Assembly: GCA_973895155.1 (NCBI GenBank)
Contig: OZ316895.1
Location: 4,327,659 to 4,391,658 of the forward strand
Origin: Marsupella aquatica
Lineage: Eukaryota > Plantae > Marchantiophyta
Length of the DNA: 64,000 bases
Direction: 5' to 3'
Below, piece by piece: positions 51,130 through 62,360 of this stretch (the stretch's first letter is position 1; the number at the start of each line of letters is the position of its first letter). Both the position numbers and the translations under genes were made by a program. The notes under the pieces are model-generated. The model ran no database searches, was not told the DNA's origin, and saw only the letters and a list, made by a program, of their open reading frames with translations.

Positions 51130-52000
51130 TAGCATGTTCATCCTGGAACATGCTTGATATTTTGTCTTATAATGATATGTAAATGAGGGCCGGCAGGGGG
51201 GGACGCAGGGGCAAGCGCATCGGGATTGAGGGGAGGGCGAGGCATCATGAGGGCGGGCGAGGCATCATGAGGACAGGCGAGGCATCGCAAGCATTGATCC
51301 CAGTATACTTATATTGCGAGGGGGGTCCATAATGAAGGCACGGGTGTGGAGGCCTCGCCAGAGAGCGCAAGTACTAATTAAACGAATACAAAAATACTCT
51401 CAAATATTTAACGGCCAGTTTTGATTCCCGTTAATTTTGGATTTCATAACGGGACAAAGAACAAAAAAAGGCAAGATCACTTATTACAGTTGTAGATGTA
51501 AATGGATTAAATAATATAAATAAAGCCAAAAAAACTCATATAGTAAATGACCAATAAAAAGTTCAGTCAAGTTCTATAACACAAAGGTAGTGACCAATGA
51601 AAAGTACAGTCAAGTCAAGTGCCGTGACACAAAGGTACTACGATGTGTGCACTTATTAACTCAATGTACCTTATTAAATTCAATAAAAATCATAAACTTA
51701 GGAAAGAAAGCCATGAGGGGAACTTAAGAGACTATGTGGTCACTTTATTCAGAATCATTTCTCTCTCGTATGAGAATACTTGACAAATTTGTTCAAGTGG
51801 TACAAGTTAAAGTCATTGGTTAGTCCAAGAGATTAAAAAATTAAAAATTAAGAGGGCTCACAAAATGAGTTCAAAATTCTCTAAGATATCAAAACTTAAA
51901 GGGGTCCAAAATTTAATTAAAAAACCTATATGATACAAAGGATGCCCCTTGACAAGGCAAATTGAAAAAAATACAAAATTTTGAATAAGACAAAATTTGA
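51130..52000 (-). mobile_element. Second copy of the 34.2-kb SINE-like element, with an internal GC-rich insertion
   Basis: Reverse complement matches 34190-34680. Flanked by ATTATTGAGTGTCTCCTATTA at 51109-51129 and 52057-52077. Extra segment ~51186-51530 contains GGCGAGGCATC x3. Confidence 0.7.
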
Positions 52001-52267
52001 AAGGTGTACTCAAATAGCACCCTCAAAATTGTATACCTCCTTTGTCCAGCATTGAGATTATTGAGTGTCTCCTATTAGCAATCCATAGGAGGCAACTGAG
52101 TGAGTTTTGGAGCGTACTATACTTGTTGGACTAGTGTCCGGAGCATACCATGTTGATTTGCCCAATAAGTAAGGTGCCAGCGAGAAAGTTACAGTAGTGG
52201 GTGAATTTTAAGTGGCCCCGATTGAATGTCGTTAGTTACTTCCACATTATTTTTGTACGTGATTGAT

Positions 52268-52500
52268 TAAAATCCCAACCAAAAAAGTGAACAGCAAGCA
52301 ATTGACCAGCAGCACGTAACCGGGACAACTAGCCAACAAAATAAAACTTGAACCAAGATCCAACTGAAAAAGTGAATAGCAAGCAATCCCACCAACAACA
52401 AGTAGCCAAATAAATTGAAGTCAGTGATAGGCAAAGCTTAAACCAAGATCCAACTGAAAAAGTAAGTAACAAGCAATTGAACAACCACAAGTGGCCAATT
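52268..52500. repeat. Degenerate tandem repeat (~3 units)
   Basis: (AACCAAGA)TCCAACTGAAAAAGT.A.TA.CAAGCAAT recurs at ~52275, 52351 and 52441. Confidence 0.7.
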
Positions 52501-53545
52501 GCTTCTCGTAAACTATGCAGCATGTAGCTTTTTGTTTTTTGATAGATCCCAAGCTTAAACCACCACTGGCCATATGTAATAGGAATTTTTACACACATCT
52601 CATCCAATAGTAGGGTTTATTGATTGACAGTTTTATTAGTTGGGTTTACTGTAGAACGATGTGGATTTCAATTTGGCTTATGCTTGCAATCAACTTGAAG
52701 AAGAGAAAAAGGGTGTGCAAGGTTGTTGTTTAATGCCACTGTCCATCATCAAACCTGGACCCACCAGATTCACCATAAATAGTATTTTTTCCCGAAATCG
52801 TATATGGAGGAGACTGGCACGGTAGAGGAAGGGAGTGTGGAGGGGAAGTCTTGGACACACCAAGCCCATCTCACTCACTGCGCTACCAGTGGTTAATTAG
52901 TCTTATCATTACTTCTCCTCTTTAATTTAATGGGTGAAGGACAAGGTACATTAGCGCTTTAACTTCTATAAATGCAAATGTCCCCGAAATGAAAGAAGAA
53001 GAAAAAATAGTTTAAACTCTAGTTTTGGAGGGTTTATTATTGCCCATGATGCTTTAGTAATAGGATTTTAATATACTTAAAGGCCTGAGAATTTACATAA
53101 TGAGTTGAGTGTGCATTCTTCTTCAATAATGCCCTATCTTGAGTATGCATTCTTCTTCAATAATGCCCTTCATCGTTTCCCTTTGTGGGTCAAGAGCTCG
53201 ATCATCTCGTTGGGAGTATTTACTCTACTTTTATTATAGTTAGGAAAGAAATAAAATCTCTCAAGCCTTGGAGTGTAACAAGGTCCTAATTATTTAGCAT
53301 TATGGACAATATATAGTCCTTCCAAACTTGAGCTGAAGCTCTAATTTTTCCAAACGTTAGGTTTTTAGGGGGCATTAATAATGCCCTCTAAACAGGACTT
53401 TAGTAAGGTGACTCAGAGCTGGGTCTTTGTTGAAAGTTACTGATTTGTGGTCCATCCTATGAGTCTAGTATGGCACCCAATTAAGAAATTAAAAAATGAG
53501 AGAGGTAACATTGACTTGTTCCATAAGGCAGGACTTACAGCCTCA

Positions 53546-53670
53546 CCTCTACTAATAGCATACCTCATAATTTTTCCTTCATTTTGGCCTCTACTAATAG
53601 CATACCTCATAATTTTCCCTTCATTTTGGCCTCTACTAATAGCATGCCTCATAATTTTTCCTTCATTTTG
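53546..53670. repeat. 42-bp tandem repeat x3
   Basis: CCTCTACTAATAGCATACCTCATAATTTTTCCTTCATTTTGG x3, nearly perfect. Confidence 0.9.
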
Positions 53671-53825
53671 GATCAGCAGCAACCATCACCACATCAGGCC
53701 CACAAGGCGTTAATTAAGTGTTGGGCTCACATGCTTCTTTTATGGTAGCCAAAGTCAGACTCACAACTTTTACAGAGTTTTTATAGTACTTGGGTTAAGA
53801 GAGGACCTTATCTTCATATTAAGGT

Positions 53826-53890
53826 CGTTTGAGCTGGAAACTCCCATACACTCTTATTACAATAGTGTATGGGAGTTTCCAGCTCAAACG
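53826..53890. repeat. Perfect 27-bp inverted repeat with 11-nt loop
   Basis: CGTTTGAGCTGGAAACTCCCATACACT - CTTATTACAAT - AGTGTATGGGAGTTTCCAGCTCAAACG. Confidence 0.95.
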
Positions 53891-53993
53891 TTGTGGTCCA
53901 TCCTCGTATCAATTAGTGCTGCTCAAACGTTGTGGTCCATCCTCGTATCAATTAGTGCTGCTCAAACGTTGTGGTCCATCCTCGTATCAATTA
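53882..53993. repeat. 39-bp tandem repeat x~3 overlapping the right arm of the hairpin
   Basis: GCTCAAACGTTGTGGTCCATCCTCGTATCAATTAGTGCT repeated. Confidence 0.9.
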
Positions 53994-54934
53994 CGGCAGG
54001 AGAGTGGTGGCTACGGCAAAAGCGTACTATACGGAGAGATGTAGACCGTATTCTCAGGGTGAGCTGAGCGCACGCCGCGTGTTCGGTGGAAAGGAGCGAC
54101 TCCTCCGATTTGTCAAGAATGCTTTCCCTGCCCTTACTCGAGGATGTCGTCGCGGGAATAAATAATGTGTGCGTTGTGCCGTTGTGGTGATGAATTTGTT
54201 GGGGTTGTGAATTTGTGATGGGGTTCGCCTTTCGCTGCGTCTGATCCTCTCTCGAGCCACCAATTCTGGTGCCAGAGGTCGTTGATCGACGGGTGCCGCC
54301 ACTCACGGGCTGAAGTGAGGCCTAGGATTTCTTCCCGTATGGATTTGGTCTAAGCTTGGGTATGCGCGAACGTGTCTGATTCGCTCTGCGATTCGATTCT
54401 TGTCTACATGCGGTTGGACATCTGTTACGTTTCAGTGTACAGTCCTTCACATGCTCGTGGTGGCGGATGAGGATCGAATAGAAAAGCTCTTTCGCTCATC
54501 GCGTTGCTGATTATTTTACGCAGAGGGAACCGCTTTCGGTCGTGATTGTCATCATTCTCGTTGTACCAGTCTCCTGTACATAATTGTGCAGTTTCTCTCT
54601 CTTTGCTCTTCCAGGTGCTTCTCCGTCGCTCCTCTGCCTTCTCCGTCTTGTTGGGAATTTCGGTTCACTTGTTCTGCTTCCTCTTGATCCCTCGGAGGAA
54701 TGGATTCCTCGCAATGTTGAGGAGTTTCATCTTTCGACGACGACAAGAAGGAAGGTTGCTGCAATTAGGGCATTGATTGCTGTCTGGTCCCAGGTCCCAT
54801 TTTCACCCTATTTCAGTTGCCAAGGTTTCAACCTGAGCTATCTCGCCTCTGGAAACGTCCGGTGGGTCGTCCAGTTTTCAGTCTGAACACAGTGAATGAG
54901 CGGACAGTGAACTGCCTCAGAGCCTCAGATCGTC

Positions 54935-57460
54935 ATGACCGAGGAGGAGGTGATCTTCAGTCAAGGTATGTCTGAAGTTGTTAATGTTGTCATTCCACAA
55001 ATGAAGATGGTCCCATGTTTAGTCTGAGGAGACGAGGAAACGAGGAGGAGTGGGAGCAGTTTTTTAGGTGTTTGGCGTTTAGTTCTTCATCCTTTATCGG
55101 GACTTTGCACCGTTGAGAACCTTTGGTTTCTCGTTTGGGTGTCCATTTCTACCTGTTGCACTGGAGAAGAGGGAGAGGAAGCTCTGGTTTAGGAGAGATG
55201 CTTCTTCGTAGGAGGTAAAGGAGTTTCTGTGAATGTAGTTGATTTGCAGAAGCAAAGCAAAGTTGTCATCGATCTCAGAATTGTGGGTTACACTGCAGAT
55301 ACCGGTGCTCTGGCGCTCCCGGATGGGCTGACTGAATCTTCGAGCAATAGTTTTTCATCAATGGCATTCCCGATCATTGTGGGTGTCCTGGTCCCGATCC
55401 TTCTCGCCGTGGCCATCAAGAAGAAGACGGAGAAGAAGAGGCCCATGGCTGTGCCCGTGGATGCGGGTGGTGAACCTGGTTACACAGTGCGTCATGAACG
55501 ATACCTCAGTTTATTGGAGACGCCATGGGAAGGGGCCAATACCATAGCTGCCCTGTTTGAGCAGGTATGCGCATCTAATTCGGCTGGGAATATGCTGGGA
55601 ACCCGTGAGGTGGTGGCCCGGGAGACAATTGTGAGCTCTAGTGGAAGGCCATTTGAGAAGCTCACATTAGGCAAGTATCAGTGGGTCACCTACGGGGAGG
55701 TCTTCAAAAAGGTGGTTAACTTCTCGGCTGGGCTTGTGAGAATTGGGCTTCAGAAGGGCGAGAGAGTGGCCATCTTTGCCGAAACTCGTGCAGAATGGTT
55801 TCTGGCTCTTCAGGCCTGTTTCAGACGGAATGCCACGGTGGTCACCATCTATGCCTCGTTGGGCGATGAGGCCTTGGTGCATTCGTTGAATGAGACAGAG
55901 GCAGGCACGGTTATATGTGACAGAACGCAGCTGAAGAAGCTGATCGACTTGAGCAAGGAGCTGGAGACCGTCAAGCGTGTGGTGTACATGGACGAAGATA
56001 ACATAAAATCTGAGCCCACTCTGACCGGTGCTTCTCGTAACTGGACCGTGGAGCCATTTGCTAATGTGGAGAGGTTGGGGCAAGAATTTTCGGTTGAACC
56101 AGAGTTTCCGAAACCAGCTGATGTTGCAGTGATAATGTACACTAGTGGCAGCACTGGTTTACCCAAGGGTGTCATGATGTCGCATGGAAATATTGTAGCC
56201 ACAGTAGCGGGAGTCAACACGGTGTTACCAGACCTTAGTTCGAAGGATGTCTATCTCTGCTACTTGCCTCTGGCCCATGTCCTGGAACTGGTTGCCGAGA
56301 TCACTCTGGTTGCAGTCGGTGCCAGCCTTGGTTATGGCTCGCCACTGACATTGACAGATACATCTAACAAGGTTAAGAAGGGCACAAAGGGAGATGTATC
56401 AGAGCTGCACCCCACTCTCATGACCGCCGTCCCGGCCATTATGGACCGTGTCAGGGATGGGGTAAGAAAGACGATCGACGCCAAGGGTGGAATAGCGAAA
56501 TCCCTGTTTGAGCATGCCTACAATCGGAGATTAGCAGCTTTTGAAGGCAAATGGTACGGTGCTGTTGGTCCAGAAAAACTTTTGTATGATGCTGTGGTAT
56601 TCAAGAAAATTCGTGCTGTTCTTGGGGGTCGGATCAGAGGTGTTCTCTCTGGTGGTGCCCCCTTGTCTGCTGATACCCAGAGATTCATGAACATTTGCTT
56701 TGGGGCTCCCGTCATTCAGGGTTATGGTCTTACCGAGACTTGTGCGGGTGCAACATTTTCCGATTTTAGGGATACGTCTGTGGGCCGAGTAGGGCCACCG
56801 CTTCCCAGTACTTATATCAAGCTGGTCGATTGGGATGAAGGTGGCTACCGAACTTCTGACTCTCCGTTTCCCAGGGGTGAGATTGTCATAGGTGGTCCTT
56901 GTGTAACTTTAGGGTATTTCAAAAATCAACAGAAGACAGAGGAATCTTACAAGACCGATGAAAGAGGTATCAGATGGTTCTACAGTGGGGATATTGGGCA
57001 ATTCCATCCTGACGGTGTTCTGGAAATTGTTGATCGGAGAAAGGATATCGTGAAGCTGCAACATGGAGAATATGTATCTCTTGGTAAAGTTGAGGCCGTT
57101 CTTGCAGGCAGCCAGTACGTGGATAACGTCATGCTTCACGCCGATCCGAATCATGCTTTCACAGTAGCTTTGGTTGTGCCAAAACAACAAGCACTTGAAG
57201 CATGGGCTCAGGAGGCCAACATCTCGTTTGACAGCTTCTCGGAGTTGATCGACAAGAAGGAAGCTATGGGTGAGGTTCAAACAGATCTATCCAAGGTTGG
57301 TAAGCAGAGTCGTTTGGAGAAATGGGAGGTACCAGCGAAGGTAAAACTACTGTCAGAACCGTGGGCCCCAGAGAGCGGTCTCGTGACGTCGGCACTGAAG
57401 ATTAAGCGAGAAGCAATTAGGAAGGCTTTCTCGGAGGATTTGAAGAAGTTGTATGCATAA
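54935..57460 (+). CDS. LACS: Long-chain acyl-CoA synthetase, LACS8/LACS9 type (~730 aa; 31-nt exon 1 plus 2162-nt exon 2)
   Basis: AMP-binding motif [14 protein letters not shown], plus [18 protein letters not shown] and [15 protein letters not shown]. Membrane anchor [18 protein letters not shown] 54935 with donor AAG|GTATGT (54965) splices in frame to acceptor GCAG|AT (55299). Alternative ATG at 55361. Confidence 0.92.
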
Positions 57461-58596
57461 TTGGCAGTAATTGGCGAATGGCTGTAACTAGAATTTTGAC
57501 ATTCAGAATTTCTCTACTATAGAAACAACGCTGGTCGTTTCTAAGCTTCTCCTTGTGTGCTTTCTTGCCGGAGAATTGACATGACGATGAACAAGACGGT
57601 GTGCTGTATGAGGGCCCAGTGGAACAATTGAAGAATTCTTCATTGGTAGCTGTGATGGTTGAGTTGGACTTGTAGTTAGGTTGTCAACATTCCCAAATTC
57701 GGTTCCGAAGTGGCAATATGCGTAGTTAGGAGTGTTTTCTCTGACACTGCATTACTCGCTCCGTTGAAAGGTTTTCATACCTGTGGAATGTACCTCAACA
57801 ATCAAGATGATCCTTGCGAGCTCTCAATGAATGAAGAGAGAGAGAGCAAGAGAGACAGAAAGAGAGTTGTACGAAGTTGCTGAGTCTTGTTCTGTGTAAA
57901 TTTCACTCATTTAAGATTGTTGTGCCTTTCTCTCACTTGGCTCACTAAGCTCTCACCAAGCTTTTTGCAATTCGGGACCTTGCATCTGCAATTGTGATCG
58001 TTCTGGTTCTAAAAGTACCTACAGTAGATATATAAAATTTGGCAATTCTGTGCTTGTCTGCGTGACTTATGAGGGAAATTGGGGCTCATAGAACTGCCTT
58101 AGATATACAACCCTCGGATACACAACCCGCTCCCTTTGCCCGAGAGCCTATTCCATCCTTTTGGTCATGAATCTATATGATTACCACTCACATAAAAGTG
58201 ACGTCAGTACTTAACATAAGTATGGTCTCCAAACTAGAAAATGCAGGTTTGGTTTAGGTGCAAAGCCCTTACAGGACAAAGCCCTCCCCCCCATCCAAAA
58301 TAAAGGAAATAGACGGTTAGCCGAAGCAATCACTGAAAGCACAGATCAAGAGTCCATTGGCATACTAGGACTCTGAACTGTGCGCTGTGCGCTTTGAGCA
58401 TTAGACCTGTAGGCCTTCACGCCACTAAAGCTACTGCAGTGATTTTCAGGCAAGATGAAACTGCAGTAGTGCTTGTTTCGAGCAGTGAAAGTGTAAGTAA
58501 GGCTTCACTCCACAAAAGGTTTTGTCCGCATATCTCAGGCAAGATGAAATTTGGGTTCTCCTGAAGCACAATAGAGGACAGGGCGGGCTTCATGTA

Positions 58597-58845
58597 GAAG
58601 ATAGTTCACCCGCCCTTAGAACACCTCCTACCCTTAATGGGTTGGGGTTGGTCTAGTGTAATGCTATGGTGACCAATCCACTGAAACTGAACAAAAAAGG
58701 CACCCCAATGGGTTCCTGGGTGGAAGATAGTTCACCAGCCCCAAGACCATCTCCTATGGTTACTGGGTTGTAGTTACTCTAGTGTAACGCTATCTTGACC
58801 AATCCTGTAAAACTGAACAAAAATGGAAATCCCAATGGGTTATTA
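58597..58845. repeat. ~126-bp diverged direct duplication
   Basis: GAAGATAGTTCACC..CTAGTGTAA.GCTAT..TGACCAATCC..AAACTGAACAAAAA..CCCAATGGGTT occurs twice. Confidence 0.8.
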
Positions 58846-61214
58846 ATGGCCTTACTGATTCTTTTGGTGATCCGTATATGAGTTGTTGTATAACGCCTCA
58901 ACTTCTACAACATTTGAATACATTGATTTTATGCACCAGCAACTTTCCACAACACAACTTCTTTTGTAGAGAGACACTTTTGACAATGACAAACTTTCCA
59001 CTGTAATGAGACATGTTTTGCAATCACACAATTTTTGTGAACAAAATACACAACAAAGCACAGCTGCACCAACAACTTGATTGCAATGAGAACACAGCTG
59101 CAATGATAATTGTGCGACTCACATGCATTGAGCTCATAACCCCACAATAAGGAAGAAATCTTCTTAAGAAAGTTAAAAAGTGGGCAAAAAGCAGTCTGTT
59201 TGTCCTCCTGCACTGTTGGGTGACAATTGAAGTTTAAGGGCATGGTAAGTAATTTTTTGAGACTTATGTGGGCATGTGCATTGGGTCACTAGTCCACAAT
59301 TCAGCCAGCTTGATGGGCAACACCAAAAGTTACAGGCTATGGTCCTTGTCTGTAACCTTTATAGTGCCTGTGCCAGAAAAAACCCACACTGTAGGCCCAC
59401 AAGTGAAACCTTGCATGTTGGCCAACTTGGTTAACTTAGTGCCCAACTTGGCTGTGCTTGAACAATCACTGGTCTGATAATAAAAATTAGTGGTGCCCCA
59501 CCAGACACTCAGGGGCCTCACTCAAAGGGAGGTCTCATATCACACACAATTTTTTTTAATAATAAATACCCTAAAACTTAAGAAAATCAAGTGGATTTGT
59601 ACTATTTTAACACATAATTTATGGAATCTTCTCTCAAATTTGTATTCAAACCCCTATAGTTCTTATAATTCTCAATATTAGATTAAAACACCCATGTTTA
59701 TCTTCAACAAAAAAATTCCACCCAATTGAATTAAAAAAAACCCTTAACTTCTTTCCTGCAATACGTTGGAAGAAAAGAAGTGAGGACCCCGGGACCAGAC
59801 ACTGGTCAGATGGCTCAACTTAGTGGTGCTAGAATTATGGAGTAGTAGTTTGGTTCATGCAATAAAGAATTTTTTTGGAATGACTAAAAACTTATTTAAG
59901 GGTATGTGTAAAACCTAGAAAGGATTCTTTAACTTATTTGAAGGGGATATTTGTGAAACCCCGTAGAAAGGGAACAGCCGGTCACAATATTTTGAAACCT
60001 AAGACCTATAATTCACTACTCAAGTGAGCTACCACACAACCATGCCTCTCTGGGCACCTAGAAAGGATTTTGTCATGTGAATTTTAAGTATATTCCAAGC
60101 ATACATTGTTTTACAATTAGAAAGTGGAAATCAACAATATTCTTTGGCCTTGCGTCTTTCTTAAAATAAAAAACATTAACATTAACATGTATTAATAGTG
60201 TGTGGGAGATAAATAGAACTTGCGCTCTATGTTCTATAGGCTTACCGTAAAGTGTAATAAGGCTCTCGTATGTGATCCTGAGAATATAGCCTCTAGACAA
60301 GTGAACCATATATTAATTGTTTTGATTACTTGTTCATTGGATCTTTCACATGTGCATGCTATCTATGAGGGGTCCATTGTTCAACAAATGACACTAGGGT
60401 AATCACTTGTCTATACCATTCCAATATATGCCTAAGGCCAACCAAAATCCACATTAGATACTTGCTACTATGTATTTCACCTTGGATTATGATTAGTATA
60501 GTTACCCCAATAGTTATTTTTGTATGTAGCGTAATTTAAAAGTAAATTATTTTCCAAAGTGATAATGATATTTAATGTGGAAAAAAGAGGAATACCTATG
60601 GCTATGAAATGGAAGCATATTATCTGTATGTAACTTTTAGAGAGTTCATTGATAGAGCTCACTTAGCACAACTAATTGTATGCACTCTCATTTGGAATCA
60701 AGGTACAATATAAAAAATAAGGTGATTACAATTCAGAGTACTCTAGGCCAGTAGTTAAGACTCTCATATGGGAATGGGATGTCTCCTGTTCAGAAAGAAC
60801 AATCTAAAAGACTCTCCCACTACCATTACCTAAACACATTATTAATTCAGAAATTTAATAGAGGTGATTGAACCTTCGGAAAATTAAAGTTTTGAAATCA
60901 ACTAAATAGTGTCTATTTTCAAATGAGGAAAAACAAAGAGCGAGACCTCATAAAGTGAATAAAAATTTTCATTTATCTCTAAAACAAGTATATATTTGAC
61001 CAGGATCAAATGGATTCTATGTTGGCAACTTGGCAGGCTTTTGGCAAACAGTCACGGGCTATGGATCTGGTCTGGCGAGCTGTTGATTCAGGGCTACGGG
61101 TCCTTGGAAATCATTAATGACTTTCCGTCCCGACTGCCAGCCCGCTGCTGTCCAAAGTATCCACGAGGAAAAGGGGTAGAGTACCAAAAATGGTCCCACA
61201 CTTCCATGCAGCAA

Positions 61215-61280
61215 GCTCTGGCATAGTGGTAGGTCATGCTAGTGGGGAGGCACAGGAGCCAGGTTTGAATCCTCCTGTTG
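61215..61280 (+). mobile_element. tRNA-derived Pol III promoter relic (SINE head)
   Basis: A-box TGGCATAGTGG (61219) and B-box GGTTTGAATCC (61262). Acceptor and anticodon stems do not pair. Confidence 0.45.
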
Positions 61281-62044
61281 GAAGGCGCACTGCTTTTTAC
61301 ACAAACCCCACCCAAAAGTGGGGTTCAGATGAAACTTGTGTGACATTTGAAAAATAACAATTTTCAGATTTTGGCGGGCAACGAGCAGGCAGTGTAGGTA
61401 GAAGAGCCATTTTTGGCTTTCCATGGGGCTTTCCAGGGACCCGTCTCTCTGCGTTAGCTGTGGACCAAGTAAATGGGGCTTGAATAGCGCATAGTCAAAC
61501 AGTCAGAGTCATAGACCAGGCTTTTTTTTTTAGGAGTTATAGTCCACAAAGCTAGGGAGTTACCAGGGTGTCTCAAACCTGCTGTTCCAGGTTTTAGCAC
61601 CTGCTAGAAGTTACTGTCTGCTACCCTGACCAAAAACCCAGCTTATGAGCAAACGTAACCCAGGGGGTATTCTGTTTGAGACAGGCCACAACACGTTCTT
61701 CTTTCAGCCCACAACTTCAAACTGCCACACAGGTTGATTTTTGGTGCCCCCGCTTGTGCACTGACCGCCCAAGTTAGAAATGGTAGCCCTTTCCGATAAC
61801 AAGACATTTTTATGTGGCAACCCAGCCTGCAACATTCCAGTTTTGTAGAATTTCTGCGGAACACGAGGTTTGTGACACCCTACAGTTAGGGTGTGTCAAC
61901 TCTTTGGGTTTTGGCTCATGTCACAATTACACACATTCTCATGGAACTAAAGTGACGGACTTGCAAAAGCTTGTCCTACCACTTGTGATTGACATCCATA
62001 ACTCACACTTTTTGGGCTGGGGGACCTTTCTGTGAGCTTCAGAG

Positions 62045-62360
62045 TAGGGAGTCTCAAACCTTCAGGTCTGCGGAAAAAAACCTGTCCCCAAACTACCAAT
62101 TTTGGCTTGTGGTCACAAGTGTGCGGACAAGCATTTTCATGTCTTCCACTTTTTTTCTGGGAAAACGTCCTTGACCGTGGCCGGACACAAAACAAAGAAG
62201 GGCGTTGCAAACCTTTAGGTCCCTTGAACAAAAACCTGCCCCAGTTGTGGCCTGCAGTCACGAGGGTGCGGGCAAGCAATTTCATGTCCACCATTTTTTT
62301 CCTGAGACAACACCCTTGACCGCAACCGGAGGCTAAAAGAAGAAGATTGAGACACCCCTA
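62045..62360. mobile_element. MITE-like element with TAGGG(GT/A)GTCTCAA inverted termini and an internal ~145-bp duplication
   Basis: Starts TAGGGAGTCTCAA and ends TTGAGACACCCCTA. GTCAC.AG.GTGCGG.CAAGCA.TTTCATGTC..CCTTGACCG occurs twice inside. Confidence 0.5.

Noticed and set aside
53882-53993. Short direct repeats (also 24214-24375, 28408-28590, 53546-53670) as CRISPR arrays
   Set aside because: Units are contiguous with no unique spacers, no cas genes are present, and the context is eukaryotic.
55229-55298. LACS N-terminus MNVVDLQ.. from the ORF track
   Set aside because: It begins at GTG inside the predicted intron. A canonical ATG exon at 54935 splices in frame instead.
61215-61280. 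Functional tRNA gene (also 1450-1515)
   Set aside because: A and B boxes are present but acceptor and anticodon stems cannot be paired, so these are treated as SINE-like relics.
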